This document shows, one piece after another, positions 30,788 through 41,754 of a stretch of DNA of 64,000 nucleotides. Every line of letters begins with the position of its first letter. The stretch's first letter is position 1. The notes below the pieces were generated by a model, which was given only the letters and a program-made list of their open reading frames with translations, searched no databases and was not told the DNA's origin. This stretch comes from Chromatiaceae bacterium (GTDB lineage Bacteria; Pseudomonadota; Gammaproteobacteria; Chromatiales; Chromatiaceae): contig CP037918.1 of the NCBI GenBank assembly GCA_019356535.1, positions 1,332,315 through 1,396,314 on the forward strand, in the 5' to 3' direction. The translations under genes and the position numbers were made by a program.

Positions 30788-31384
30788 CTAGTGCGAACTT
30801 TTTTCCGCCCCGCCTCCACCGCCCAGGCGCGGCCAGGCAGCACGCAGGTAGATGACCATGGACCACAGGGTGAGCACCACCGCGATGTACAGCAGCACCT
30901 CGCCGATCACGTAGACCGGCAGGCCCCACAGGTCGTCACGGTAGATCAACAGGGTGATCGCCAGCATCTGCGCGGCGGTCTTGAACTTGCCCAGCTCGGA
31001 GACGGCCACCTGGGCGCGTTCACCGATCTCGGCCATCCATTCGCGCAGTGCCGAGATGGTGATCTCGCGGCCGATGATGACCATCACCGGGAGCGCCAGC
31101 CACAGCCTGGGGTCGGCCTGCAACACCACCACCAGCGCGGTGGCGACCATCAGCTTGTCGGCCACCGGATCGAGAAAGGCACCCAGCGGGGAGGTCAGGT
31201 GCATGCGTCGCGCCAGGTAGCCGTCCAGCCAGTCGGTGAGTGCGGCGGCGACGAAGACCCCTGTGGCGGCTGGCGCCGCCCAGGAAACCGGCAGGTAGTA
31301 CACCAGCACGAACACCGGAATCAACGCGATGCGCCCCAGCGTCAACAGGTTGGGCAGGTTGGGCAGGTTGTGGAGGCTGTTCAT
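30788..31384 (-). CDS. pgsA: CDP-diacylglycerol-glycerol-3-phosphate 3-phosphatidyltransferase
   Basis: TDWLDGYLAR...GAFLDPVADK. Confidence 0.96.
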   Translation of the reverse strand: MNSLHNLPNLPNLLTLGRIALIPVFVLVYYLPVSWAAPAATGVFVAAALTDWLDGYLARRMHLTSPLGAFLDPVADKLMVATALVVVLQADPRLWLALPVMVIIGREITISALREWMAEIGERAQVAVSELGKFKTAAQMLAITLLIYRDDLWGLPVYVIGEVLLYIAVVLTLWSMVIYLRAAWPRLGGGGGAEKSSH

Positions 31385-33198
31385 TCTTCCCCGTGAAAGC
31401 TGATGTAGATGGCGTTCGCCAGCTTCTTGCTGATGCCCTCGACGCGCGCGATGTCCTCGACCCCGGCGCGCGCCAGCCCTTGCAGCCCACCGAAGTGCTT
31501 GAGCAGACGCTGGCGACGCTTGGCGCCGATACCCGGTATGTCTTCCAGCGGCGAGCGGCGCTTCGCCTTCGCCCGGCGCTGGCGGTGGCCGGTGATGGCG
31601 AAACGGTGCGCCTCATCGCGGATCTGCTGCACCAGGTGCAGTGCCGGGGAGTTGGCCGGCAGTATAAGAGGGCGCTGTTCGCCCAACAAGAACAGGGTCT
31701 CCATGCCGGGCTTGCGATCCGCTCCCTTGGCCACACCCAGGATCAGCAAGTCGTTGATGCCCATCTCGCTCAATACCTCGGCTACCGCCGCCAGCTGCCC
31801 CTTGCCGCCATCGATCAGCAACAGGTCGGGCATCTGCCCTTCGCCACCCCGAATGCGCGCATAACGCCGTTGCAGGGCCTGACGCAGCGCCGCGTAGTCG
31901 TCACCCGGGGTGATGCCTCGGATGTTGAAACGCCGGTAGTCACTGGAAGACGGTGCACCGTCCTGGAACACCACGCACGATGCCACAGTCTGGTCGCCCC
32001 GGGTGTGGCTGATGTCGAAACACTCCATACGGCGCGGTGGACTCTCCAGATCCAGCGCCTGTTGCAGGGCCTCCAGGCGCTGCTCGGCCGCGCCACGACT
32101 GGCCAGCCGCGCCTGCACGGCCATTTCCGCATTGGTGAGCGCCATCTGCAACCAGCGCGCCCGCTCGCCGCGTGGCCGGGCGATGATGCGCACTCGGTGT
32201 CCGGCCTGCTCGCCCAGGGCCTGTTCCAGCAGTTCGCGGTCGGGCGGCAGGCTGCTCACCAGGATCTCGGAGGGCACCGCCCGGTCCAGGTAATACTGGG
32301 CGATGAAGGCCGAGACCAGTTCCGCTTCGTCGGCACCCTCGCTGTTGCGCGGATACAGGGTCTTGTTGCCCAGGTTGCGTCCCTGGCGGACCAGGAACAA
32401 CTGGATACAGGCCACCCCACCCCGGGTCGCGGCAGCGACAATGTCGAGGTCGCCGCGTTCGCCGGCCACGTACTGGCGTTCCTGCACGGTGCGCAGGGCG
32501 GCGATCTGATCACGCAGTTTGGCCGCCTCCTCGAATTCCAGGGCCTCGGCCGCCGCCTCCATACGTGCCACCCAGCGGTCGATCACGTCCGAGGCCTTGC
32601 CTTCCAGGAACAGCACCGTGTCCTGCACGTCGCGGGCATAACGCTCGGGACTCACGAAGCCGACACAGGGCGCGGTGCAGCGTTCGATCTGGTATTGCAG
32701 GCAGGGACGCGAACGGTTGGCGAACTGGCTGTTCTCGCACTGACGCACGGGAAACAGCTTCTGCAGCAGCTTCAGCGTCTCGCGCACCGCCCCGGCGCTG
32801 GGATAGGGGCCGAAGTAGCGTCCTCCCCCGGTGCGCGCCCCCCGGTGAAAGGCCAGTCGCGGGAACTCATCGTCCGACAGATGGATATAGGGGTAGCTCT
32901 TGTCGTCACGCAACAGGACGTTGTAGCGCGGCCGGTGTTCCTTGATGAGGTGGTTTTCCAGGATCAGCGCTTCGGCCTCGGTATGCGTCACCGTGATCTG
33001 GATGTCACGGATCTGCGAGACCATCATCTCGATGCGCCGGTTGGCCGCACGGGTGAAGTAGCTGGCGACCCGTTTCGCCAGATTGCGTGCCTTGCCCACG
33101 TACAGCACCTCGCCGTCGGCGCCGATCATGCGATACACCCCGGGACGGTGGGTCAGGGTGGCGAGGAAGGCCTTGTGGTCGAAGGTGGCGTCAGCCAT
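31381..33198 (-). CDS. uvrC: Excinuclease ABC subunit C
   Basis: GIY-YIG (PGVYRM, LYVGKA), ECFDISH, RDEAHRFA, HhH. Confidence 0.98.
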   Translation of the reverse strand: MADATFDHKAFLATLTHRPGVYRMIGADGEVLYVGKARNLAKRVASYFTRAANRRIEMMVSQIRDIQITVTHTEAEALILENHLIKEHRPRYNVLLRDDKSYPYIHLSDDEFPRLAFHRGARTGGGRYFGPYPSAGAVRETLKLLQKLFPVRQCENSQFANRSRPCLQYQIERCTAPCVGFVSPERYARDVQDTVLFLEGKASDVIDRWVARMEAAAEALEFEEAAKLRDQIAALRTVQERQYVAGERGDLDIVAAATRGGVACIQLFLVRQGRNLGNKTLYPRNSEGADEAELVSAFIAQYYLDRAVPSEILVSSLPPDRELLEQALGEQAGHRVRIIARPRGERARWLQMALTNAEMAVQARLASRGAAEQRLEALQQALDLESPPRRMECFDISHTRGDQTVASCVVFQDGAPSSSDYRRFNIRGITPGDDYAALRQALQRRYARIRGGEGQMPDLLLIDGGKGQLAAVAEVLSEMGINDLLILGVAKGADRKPGMETLFLLGEQRPLILPANSPALHLVQQIRDEAHRFAITGHRQRRAKAKRRSPLEDIPGIGAKRRQRLLKHFGGLQGLARAGVEDIARVEGISKKLANAIYISFHGEE

Positions 33199-33829
33199 CG
33201 AGCAGGGCGCGGGCGCGGGCGAACACCGCGTCGAACATCGTTTCGGTCAGGCGCCGGGTCTGGGTGTTGTAGCGGCTGCAATGGTAGGAATCGAGCAGCA
33301 CTCGACCACCGGGCAGCGCGTGTTCCGCTCCGTGAGCGAATACGTAGTCCTTCTGTCGCAGGCCGAACGCAGCGACCACCGATTTGTGGGCGATCGAGCC
33401 CAGTGCCAGCACCACGGCACCTTCCGGCAGCCCATCCAGTTCGACAGCCAGAAAATCACGGCAGGCGTTGATCTCGGCGCCCACCGGCTTGTTCTGGGGC
33501 GGCAGGCACTTGACCGCATTGGTGATGCGGCAGTCGATCAGCTCCAGGCCGTCGTCGGCCGCGAGCGACTCGGGCCGGCTGGCAAAACCGTGCCGATGCA
33601 AGGTCTGGTAGAGCAGGATGCCGGCATGGTCCCCGGTAAAGGGACGCCCGGTGGCATTGGCACCGTGCATGCCAGGCGCCAGGCCCACCACCAAGAGGCG
33701 TGCTGACGGGTCGCCAAAGGGCGGCACGGGGCGTGCATGGTAGGCCGGATACTGTGTCTTGACTTCGTCCAGGAAGGTCGCCAGCCGGGGACAACGTCGG
33801 CAGTCGGGGTCGAACATCGGGCGTTTCAA
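33191..33829 (-). CDS. Uracil-DNA glycosylase (Fe-S, family 5-like)
   Basis: CRRCPRL, VGLAPG.HG.N.TGRPFTGD, SYHCS.YN. Confidence 0.88.
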   Translation of the reverse strand: MKRPMFDPDCRRCPRLATFLDEVKTQYPAYHARPVPPFGDPSARLLVVGLAPGMHGANATGRPFTGDHAGILLYQTLHRHGFASRPESLAADDGLELIDCRITNAVKCLPPQNKPVGAEINACRDFLAVELDGLPEGAVVLALGSIAHKSVVAAFGLRQKDYVFAHGAEHALPGGRVLLDSYHCSRYNTQTRRLTETMFDAVFARARALLDG

Positions 33830-34470
33830 GTGGTTGGATCGATGACCTTGTGACGGATGGCCAGGTGCGTGAGTTCCACATCATTACTCACGTTGAGCTT
33901 CTCGTACAAGCGGCGCTTGTAGGTAGAGACCGTCTTGGGGCTGAGGCACAGGGCATCGGAGATCTCCTGGTTGCCCTGCCCCCTGACCACCATCAGCATG
34001 ACCTGCATCTCACGCGGCGACAAGAGCCCCAGTGGCGACTCCTCGGTCGGATTGGCCATTTTGCCCAGCGCCAGCTTCTGCGCCACCTCGCTGGAGAGGT
34101 AATGGCGGCCCTGCGCAACCGTGCGGATCGCCTTGAACAGCTCCTCGGCATCACACCCCTTGGAGAGATAACCCATGGCCCCCGCATCCAGCAGCTGGTT
34201 GGGAAAAGGATCGCCACTGAGCGCCGTCACCGCGATCACTCGGGCCTCGGGCGCAATATGGACGATCTTGCGCGTCGCCTCGATGCCGCCGATGCCCGGC
34301 ATGTTGACGTCCATCAGCACGATGTCCGGTGGTGAGCGGCGCACGAAGGCGACGGCCTCCTCGCCGCTCGAGGCCTCGTGAACCACCTCTATGTCATGCG
34401 CGCTGTCGAGCACGCTCCGGATGCCGGAGCGAAACAGCGCATGGTCATCGACCAGCAGCAGACGGATCAT
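33826..34470 (-). CDS. uvrY: UvrY/GacA/SirA response regulator
   Basis: REC domain (VDDH, LMDVNMPG) plus LuxR HTH (LSPKTVSTYK); upstream of uvrC. Confidence 0.92.
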   Translation of the reverse strand: MIRLLLVDDHALFRSGIRSVLDSAHDIEVVHEASSGEEAVAFVRRSPPDIVLMDVNMPGIGGIEATRKIVHIAPEARVIAVTALSGDPFPNQLLDAGAMGYLSKGCDAEELFKAIRTVAQGRHYLSSEVAQKLALGKMANPTEESPLGLLSPREMQVMLMVVRGQGNQEISDALCLSPKTVSTYKRRLYEKLNVSNDVELTHLAIRHKVIDPTT

Positions 34471-34907
34471 GATTTACCAACCAGGGCGACCGGGGTCACC
34501 TTTTTATTTCTGTTCTTGCAAGAAATGGTAGCACGTCATCGAATCCGCTCACGGCAAGGTGGGTGTCTAGGGAAATCTTACCTCGCTTGCCGGCAACACC
34601 ACGGGAGCCACCATTCTACTCGCCCGGATGTCTCACCCGCATCCCGAGAAGGAGAGCCCCCAGGGTACAAACTATAATCGACGGTTGGCGTCCTTTCTTT
34701 ATTTTACTGGATCATTCTGCAACTTTGGCTTCAATCGTTACCCGGACGGTGAAATGTTCGGGATAGAAATAACGGGACAGACGGACGTCCAGGTGATACT
34801 CACCACGCACAAGCGAGTTTTCGATATCGTGAAAGATTTTGAGAATTCCAAGACCCTGAAGTCGACTCGGCAGTTCTTATACCCCAATCCGCCTTGTTTC
34901 CGTTGCC

Positions 34908-35075
34908 TTGCACTACTCCCTGCTGGTTCGCAGCGCTAGACAACTTCCACAAATGGCTCAACGCCGCGTTCGGATGCTCGCTTTGTATCCCCTTGGCTTG
35001 ATGGCACCCGTCGGACAAACAGTCTCGTCGCTCGGCCACCGGGGACTGCCCGCCTTCGTTTCTCTCTCCATGGCG
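34908..35075. repeat. Dispersed ~170-bp repeat, copy 2
   Basis: Same orientation as, and similar to, 26662-26831. Confidence 0.85.
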
Positions 35076-35300
35076 GGCAACAACAGCCGCTGGTCGTGCG
35101 GGCGGTCCTTTGGGTAAGGCTGAGCAGTACTATGCCCTTCACGTCGCGGGGCGAGTCAAACACGATCCGGGGCTTGCCACGCCCTCTCCCCACCTCGAGT
35201 ACCGTGCTGTGTATCCCGCGCAAGCTCCCCTATGCCTTGCCTGTTGCGGAACAGCATGCTCAGGCGTGCGCTGTCGTCGTGGAAGCCGGTGTCACGCCGG

Positions 35301-37592
35301 TCAGCCTCGCGAAGCAGCCGGGGGATGCCGGCACCAGGCATGCCAGTATGGCGAGCCAGGGCCTGCGTGTTCGGCCAATACTTCACCAGCCGGCAGCGGC
35401 CGAGCATAGTAGAAGCCCTGTGCGAACTCCACGCCGATTTCCCGCAGCGCCTGCTCCACTGCAGCATTCTCAACATATTCGGCAATCGTCTGCTTGCCCA
35501 GAGCCCGCACCATGGCATCAATGGAATCGACGATGGTATAGGCACTGCCATCCTCGGCGATATCGATCACCAGCGAACCGTCCAGCTTGACATAGTCCAC
35601 GGGGAGTGCCTTGAGATAACTGAACGAAGAAATGCCGCTGCCAAAATCATCGAGCGCCAGGCAAACTCCCCTGAGATGCAGTTGCCGCATGAATTCCTGA
35701 GCCCGGCTGAGATTGTGCACCATGGCCGTCTCGGTGATCTCGATACAGAGCCTCCCCCCGATCTGGCCGAGGGACTCGAGTCGATCAAGCACGCAACCTT
35801 GTATCCGGGCGTCTCCAAGAGTCTGCCCGGAAAAATTGATATTGAGACAAAGGTCGACATTGCTGGACAACAGCTCGATGGCTTGATCGAACACCCAGAG
35901 ATCCAGGTCGGTCATACCACCGTAGCGCTCGGCGGCATGAATGAACTCGCCGGGCGGGATCAATTGTCCGTCCCGGTCGTACATGCGCAACAGACATTCG
36001 TACCACTCCACCGGCGGGCCGGAAAGGGCCACGATGGGCTGCAAGAAGAGCAGCAGGCGGCCTTCCCGCCCGGAATTCACGATATCGCTGTGCCGCCACA
36101 TGATGCGCTGGCGCGCGTCCAGTTCGGGTGAGCTGACGTCAGCGATGTAGGTTTCGCCCGCACCGCGTTCCTTGCTTTCATAACAGGCGGCATCGGCACG
36201 GCTCATCACCTGGACCGCATCGCCGGATTCCTCGTCCAGCGGCACACCGCCGATGCTGATGCCGATCCGGTACAGACGGTCTTCCCAGTGAAAATGATAA
36301 CCGCGAATGGCGGCATGCAAGGAACGGGTCAAGCGGAGGACCTCCTCCCGGTCCACGTTTTCCAGGATCACCCCGAACTCGTCTCCTCCCAGCCGGGCCA
36401 GCGTATGTTCCTCGCCCACTACGTCCTGCATGAGACGTGCGATCTGGCGCAACAACTCGTCGCCCGCCGTGTGGCCTGCCGTATCGTTCACTACCTTGAA
36501 CTGGTCAAGGTCAAGGTAGAGCAGGCAACCCCGGCTCTCGCCGCGTTTCGTCCTTTCGATCACTGCGTGCAGTCGCTGCTCGAATTCACGTCGGTTGATC
36601 AGGCCGGTCAGGGCGTCGTGCGTGGCCTGATAGAGCAATTGGCGGCGACTGGTTTCCAGTTCGCGGGTCCTGGCCTTGACCTGACGATCGAGATCACGAT
36701 TGAGGCGGGCCAGGGCCTGCTCCGCGACACGCCTTCTGCCCTCCTCCCGGTATACCCGCGCCATCAACAGCATGGCCATCACCAGGAAAAAGGCAAACAC
36801 CGCTATAGCATCGCGATACAGGGCTGCACGATGCGAGGAGAACAGCCCGGGGGAGACCATGTCCGCCAGTTTCCACCGGGTTCCTGGAATATCGACAGCG
36901 TGCAGGATATGTCCGCGTGCAGTGTCGTCCAGCACATCGCCGTGCTGCCATTGCCTAAGGCCAGAGGCCAGTTCCACCCGGCCTGGCTGATCGGAACGAA
37001 GCAAGAGCAATTCGTGATCTGGGGCCACGATGCGCGCCAGCAGGGTTCTGATGCTCTCGGCATCGATGCTCACGAAAAAGACATGCGCCTGCTCGTTCTC
37101 TCCCGGGGGCGAACTGTCCAGTATGTCGATGTGCCGGCCCAACGGGCCGTCATGGATATAGATATCGGCTGGCCGACGATGCCGGGCGTAGTACAAAATA
37201 TCGGCTCGACAGGCGTCGCCCACGCCTTGCGATTCGCCACTCAGCAACACGTTACCCCGCGGATCGCCCAGGTTGAAACGGTGCATGCTCGGGAAATAGT
37301 CACGTATGCGCTTGGCCAGCTGCTTGCGCAATGCGCGATCATCGGGATGTGCCACCAGCCGGCTCAGCAGCTCACCCTGTTCCTGGGTGAATAGCCTGGC
37401 GACATGTCGACGCTCCTCCAGATAGAGTTTGATCTCCTGCGCAACCGAGGTAACGTGATTCTTCGCCAGGTTTTCCTGATAGGTGACGAAATCCTGGTAC
37501 CGGTTCTGAATGACCCAGAGCAACAACAGCCCGGCGAGCGCTGTCAGCAACAGTAGGGGCACCAGCCCTCTGTGAGGGAGCCTACGCATCAT
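35301..37592 (-). CDS. Membrane-anchored diguanylate cyclase/phosphodiesterase (sensor-GGDEF-EAL)
   Basis: Two TM segments; DALTGLINR, RLGGDEF, ECLLR, DDFGSG, EYVE, QGFY. Confidence 0.93.
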   Translation of the reverse strand: MMRRLPHRGLVPLLLLTALAGLLLLWVIQNRYQDFVTYQENLAKNHVTSVAQEIKLYLEERRHVARLFTQEQGELLSRLVAHPDDRALRKQLAKRIRDYFPSMHRFNLGDPRGNVLLSGESQGVGDACRADILYYARHRRPADIYIHDGPLGRHIDILDSSPPGENEQAHVFFVSIDAESIRTLLARIVAPDHELLLLRSDQPGRVELASGLRQWQHGDVLDDTARGHILHAVDIPGTRWKLADMVSPGLFSSHRAALYRDAIAVFAFFLVMAMLLMARVYREEGRRRVAEQALARLNRDLDRQVKARTRELETSRRQLLYQATHDALTGLINRREFEQRLHAVIERTKRGESRGCLLYLDLDQFKVVNDTAGHTAGDELLRQIARLMQDVVGEEHTLARLGGDEFGVILENVDREEVLRLTRSLHAAIRGYHFHWEDRLYRIGISIGGVPLDEESGDAVQVMSRADAACYESKERGAGETYIADVSSPELDARQRIMWRHSDIVNSGREGRLLLFLQPIVALSGPPVEWYECLLRMYDRDGQLIPPGEFIHAAERYGGMTDLDLWVFDQAIELLSSNVDLCLNINFSGQTLGDARIQGCVLDRLESLGQIGGRLCIEITETAMVHNLSRAQEFMRQLHLRGVCLALDDFGSGISSFSYLKALPVDYVKLDGSLVIDIAEDGSAYTIVDSIDAMVRALGKQTIAEYVENAAVEQALREIGVEFAQGFYYARPLPAGEVLAEHAGPGSPYWHAWCRHPPAASRG

Positions 37593-38289
37593 CCTAACTC
37601 GCCATAGCACGTATGACAGGGACTCATTGGGGCACCTCGGAAAATATCGCCAGTCGCCGTCGTAGGTTGGCGACACAATGGCACCAAAGTTTAGCCCTCG
37701 AAAGACAATCTTCCTGGCAATATCCTTATGGTGAGATAAGAAAATCGTATGGCTTTACGCAGCCCGACCTGCCGATTGTGCCCGGTATACCCGAACAGTT
37801 CCAAGTATTAAAAACCCTCTGACCACCGAGCGGAATGCTGTCATTTTTGCTGATAAACGTCGGTCAGTATCACCGGTGGTGTGCTCGGCAGCAACGCAGT
37901 AAACGACCAGGCCGGCGGGAAAGTGTACATCGACTACTGCGGGCCGACCGTGTAGGTCGCCGGTCGCAGCGCGGGGAAGATCCGTACCGCTCTGATATCT
38001 GGTAAAGCAAAAATTGCGGTGGGAATGCAGATGGTAAGCGCTGGGTGCTGGCCCGGTTGCGTTACCGCATCTTCTTGTTGTCGTTGGACGCGCTCAACCT
38101 GGCTATCATTGAGCTGTCGCTCGGCCTCAACCAGCGTCCCCTCTAGAAGCGCACCGAGAGCCGCCAGGGTCTGTTCGAGTCCCCGGACCGGCCGCCCTTC
38201 GACTCTTGGCTCGGGCCGATCACATGCCGAATCCCATTGTGCTCCCTGCCCTTGCACGCTCCTGTGCAATTCACCTCAATGCGGCTCCC

Positions 38290-38652
38290 TCAAGGCTTGT
38301 GTCCAAGCAGTTCCGGCGCCAGCGTCTCGATGACCTGTCGCATCTGATCCGCCGGCAGCGGTTGCAATTCGACTGGTGGCGCTACAGTCTGCGGTGCGAC
38401 TGCGGTGGTTTCTACTGGTTTCGTGTTCAACGTCTCCCGTTTCGAGGCCGCTTCGGGTGCGATTGCCGACGGTGTGGCGGACGCGGTATCGGAGATCTCG
38501 GCGGCCACCCGGGAGACAGCCTGTGCAGGATCAGTGTCCCTGGTTGTTTCAGCAAGTGCTGGTGCTGCCGATTCCGGCGGGAGGACCACCCGCAAGTAAA
38601 GCCAGGCGGAGATCAGCGACAGGATGATCAGCAACAGACGATAGATATTCAT
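38290..38652 (-). CDS. Hypothetical exported or membrane protein, Ala/Pro/Thr-rich
   Basis: N-terminal hydrophobic segment, AGGAG RBS, follows the Sel1 gene. Confidence 0.6.
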   Translation of the reverse strand: MNIYRLLLIILSLISAWLYLRVVLPPESAAPALAETTRDTDPAQAVSRVAAEISDTASATPSAIAPEAASKRETLNTKPVETTAVAPQTVAPPVELQPLPADQMRQVIETLAPELLGHKP

Positions 38653-38666
38653 GGCTCCTTCCTGTG

Positions 38667-39356
38667 TTACGGGGTGCCCACGGGCTCAAGTAGCGAATGG
38701 TAAACCCAGGCCAGACGCGGTGCTGTCTCGTCTTCACGGGGGGGCAACTGGATACGCAACCAGTCCCCGCGCTTGCCCAGCACACGCACTTGCTGATGCT
38801 GTTCGAGCTGCGCCACGATTCGCTCGCTGATGCCAGGTCCGGCGCGTACGTTGATACGCTTGCCGGTGACCTCTCCGGTCCAACCGAACCAGGACTGGTC
38901 AAGCAGCTCGGGAACGATGGCCAGCACATCGATCTCGGGATCGACGGCCAAGCGCAGCAGGATGTCACGCGCATCGGGGTGGCCCTGCCAGGCGGCGCGG
39001 TAGATCCAGCGCACCGCCTCGGCCAGATCGCGCTCCACGCCCTCGCCCGTGGTGTAGGCCAGGCCGATGGCAAATTCGGCGTCGGCATGCCCTTGGGCCG
39101 CGGCCTGTTTCCACCAGTAGAAGGCACGGTCCATGTCCACGGCCACGCCGTTGCCGTTGGCATACAGCCAGCCCAGATTGTACTGCGACTCGGCATGCCC
39201 CTGTTCGGCCAGCGGCCGCCATAGGCACCAGGCTTCGGCAAAATTGCCTTCCAGCAGGGCCTCCATCCCTTTCTCGAAGGCATCAGGCACTTCGGCCACC
39301 ACGGTTGCCGTCAACAGCAGCAAGCCCCCGGTCCAGGTTTGCTGCCAGCGGGTCAT
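38667..39356 (-). CDS. Sel1-repeat protein with C-terminal SH3b domain
   Basis: AEQGHAESQYNLG repeats; INVRAGPG...GDWLRI. Confidence 0.88.
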   Translation of the reverse strand: MTRWQQTWTGGLLLLTATVVAEVPDAFEKGMEALLEGNFAEAWCLWRPLAEQGHAESQYNLGWLYANGNGVAVDMDRAFYWWKQAAAQGHADAEFAIGLAYTTGEGVERDLAEAVRWIYRAAWQGHPDARDILLRLAVDPEIDVLAIVPELLDQSWFGWTGEVTGKRINVRAGPGISERIVAQLEQHQQVRVLGKRGDWLRIQLPPREDETAPRLAWVYHSLLEPVGTP

Positions 39357-40093
39357 TCGCGCTCCAGGGCCGCGATGACCCGAATGGCGCGCGCCATGCC
39401 CTCTCCCAGGTGACGTTCGATTTCCTGCATGGTGATGGGTCCGCCATCACCCAGTCCGGCGGCCCAGTTGACCACCAGCGAGAAGTTGGCGTAGCAAAGC
39501 TCGAGCTCCCGGGCCAGGGCGGCTTCGGGCATCCCGGTCATGCCGACGATATCGCAACCGTCACGCGCCAGACGGCGGATTTCGGCGGCGGATTCCAGAC
39601 GCGGCCCCTGGGTGGCGCCATAGGTTCCTTTTTCTACCACCGCTTCGCCGATACGCTCGGCCGCTGCCAGCAGTTGCTGGCGCAGTGCCTCGCAATAGGG
39701 TTCTGTGAAATCGGCATGAATGACCCGCGTGAGATCCTGCTCGTAGAAGGTATGCTTGCGATCGTAGGTGTAATCGATGACCTGGTCGGCAACGCACAGG
39801 GTACCGGGACTCATGTTGCCGGAGATGCCACCGACCGCGGCCATGCCGACGATGCGCTCGACCCCGACTTCCTTGAACGCCCAGATGTTGGCGCGATAGT
39901 TCACCTTGTGCGGCGGCACCTGGTGATTGCCGCCGTGACGCGGCAGGAAGGCGACTGGCAGCCCGTCCAGGCGTCCGAACTGCATGGGCGCCGAAGGAGC
40001 CCCGAATGGCGTCGAGACCAGTTCGCGCCGTTCGATCTCCAGTGCCTCCAGCCGGGTCAGGCCGGAACCGCCGATGATGCCCAGATATTTCAT
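39353..40093 (-). CDS. S-methyl-5'-thioinosine/methylthioadenosine phosphorylase
   Basis: GIIGGSG, LPRHG, YRANIWA, QGPRLES.AE, VGMT. Confidence 0.92.
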   Translation of the reverse strand: MKYLGIIGGSGLTRLEALEIERRELVSTPFGAPSAPMQFGRLDGLPVAFLPRHGGNHQVPPHKVNYRANIWAFKEVGVERIVGMAAVGGISGNMSPGTLCVADQVIDYTYDRKHTFYEQDLTRVIHADFTEPYCEALRQQLLAAAERIGEAVVEKGTYGATQGPRLESAAEIRRLARDGCDIVGMTGMPEAALARELELCYANFSLVVNWAAGLGDGGPITMQEIERHLGEGMARAIRVIAALERE

Positions 40094-40096
40094 GAT

Positions 40097-40669
40097 TCAG
40101 TGTCCCTCCAGATGTTCCGGCAAGGCGTAGATGGCCGGCAGGTTGCGCCAGTACCCACGATAGTCCATACCGCAGCCGAAGACATAGCGGTCGGGCACGG
40201 TCAGGCCGATGTAGTCGATCGGTGGGCGCACCCCACGGTCGTGGATCTTCTGCGCGAGCACCGCAGCGCGCAGGCTGGCCGGCTTCTGGGCCTCGCAGTA
40301 GTGCAGAATGGCCTCCAACGTATGCCCCTCGTCAAGAATGTCGTCGATCACCAGCACATGGCGCCCGGTCAGTGACTGCGCGGGGGTACGCTGCCAGATC
40401 AGCTCGGTACCCGAGGTCTGCTCGCGGTAGCGCGTGGCATGCAGGTAGTCGAGTTTCCAGGGAAAGACCAGGTGCGGCATGAGCATGGCTGTGGGCGCCA
40501 GGCCGCCGTTCATCACGCATAGCAGCAGCGGATCGACCTCGGCCAGATCGGCCGTGATGCGTGCGGCCATCTTGCGCACGGCCTGGTTCACCGCGTGTTC
40601 GTCATGGACCAGTTCGGCCTGGTCCAGCGCGTCCTGCGCATGCCTTGCTTCGGGTGACAGCGCATTCAT
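40097..40669 (-). CDS. hpt: Hypoxanthine-guanine phosphoribosyltransferase
   Basis: VLVIDDILDEG.TL, YVFGCGMDY. Confidence 0.9.
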   Translation of the reverse strand: MNALSPEARHAQDALDQAELVHDEHAVNQAVRKMAARITADLAEVDPLLLCVMNGGLAPTAMLMPHLVFPWKLDYLHATRYREQTSGTELIWQRTPAQSLTGRHVLVIDDILDEGHTLEAILHYCEAQKPASLRAAVLAQKIHDRGVRPPIDYIGLTVPDRYVFGCGMDYRGYWRNLPAIYALPEHLEGH

Positions 40670-41709
40670 AGGGGAAATTTGTCCTCGAATTGTTGCAGGA
40701 TATTGGCGGCCAGGTCGGCCGCCCTGTGCCACCGGGTCGATTTGCGAAGCTGTTGCCGGTCGGGTGCGGGACGGCCATGCAGCCGAGCGCAACGTGCCAG
40801 CGAGACCGGGTCGCGGTGATCGGCAAGCGCCTCCAGCACCTGTTCGGCTGCCGCCGGGTCGTTGCATACCAGCACCTGGTCACATCCAGCGGCAATGGCC
40901 GCCTTCGCCCGCTCGGCCGGTGCCCCGGTGGCATCGGTGGCCTTCATGCTCAGGTCGTCGCTGAAGATCACGCCGTTGAAGCGCAGCTCACCACGCAGGA
41001 TGGTCTGTAACCAGAACGGCGAGAACCCCGCAAGCCGTTCGTCACAGCAACGATATACCACGTGTGCCGGCATAATCCCCTCGAGCCCGGCAGAGATCAG
41101 GCGGCGAAACGGGCGTACATCCTGATGCAGGATGGTCTCCAGCGGTCTTTCGTCCACCGGCAGCTCGTGGTGCGAGTCGGCATGCACCGCACCGTGACCG
41201 GGAAAATGCTTGCCCACGCTGATCATGCCCGCTTCTCGTGCGCCCAGCATCCAGGCCATGGCCAGGCTGGCGACCTGTTCCGGCGTCTCGCCGAAGGCAC
41301 GGTCACCGATTACCTCGCTGACCCCCAATCCCAGGTCAAGCACCGGGGCGAAGCTGAAGTCCACGCCCACCGTGCGCAGCTCGGCGGCCATCAGCCAGCC
41401 CAGCTCGTGTGCCACTCGCCGCGCACGCGCCAGGTCGCCGTCACAGAACGGCAGGATGGCCGCTGGCGGTGGCAGCCGGGTGAAGCCTTCACGAAAACGC
41501 TGCACCCGCCCGCCTTCCTGATCGACCGCGATCAACAAGGGAGGCGAACGCAGCTCATGAATCTCGCGGATCAGCCGATACAACTGCTCGACCGAGGCGT
41601 AGTTGCGGCGAAAGAGGATGACCCCGCCAGTCGCCGGATGCCGCAACCGCGTGATGTCCTCGGCGCACAGCTCGGTGCCGAGGAGGTCGATCATCACTGG
41701 TCCGTGCAT
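40666..41709 (-). CDS. nagZ: Beta-N-acetylhexosaminidase
   Basis: AVDQEGGRVQR, KHFPGHGAVHADSH, FSDDLSM. Confidence 0.96.
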   Translation of the reverse strand: MHGPVMIDLLGTELCAEDITRLRHPATGGVILFRRNYASVEQLYRLIREIHELRSPPLLIAVDQEGGRVQRFREGFTRLPPPAAILPFCDGDLARARRVAHELGWLMAAELRTVGVDFSFAPVLDLGLGVSEVIGDRAFGETPEQVASLAMAWMLGAREAGMISVGKHFPGHGAVHADSHHELPVDERPLETILHQDVRPFRRLISAGLEGIMPAHVVYRCCDERLAGFSPFWLQTILRGELRFNGVIFSDDLSMKATDATGAPAERAKAAIAAGCDQVLVCNDPAAAEQVLEALADHRDPVSLARCARLHGRPAPDRQQLRKSTRWHRAADLAANILQQFEDKFPL

Positions 41710-41754
41710 CTGTCCTCCGCGTGAGGCCCGCCGGTCCAGCAACCGACAATCCGT

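Noticed and set aside
34628-34939. 103-aa ORF in the AT-rich region upstream of uvrY
   Set aside because: No homology cue, and it runs into the dispersed repeat; more likely regulatory DNA
37934-38269. 111-aa ORF with a short coiled-coil-like stretch
   Set aside because: No RBS or family signal; atypical composition; not supportable as a gene
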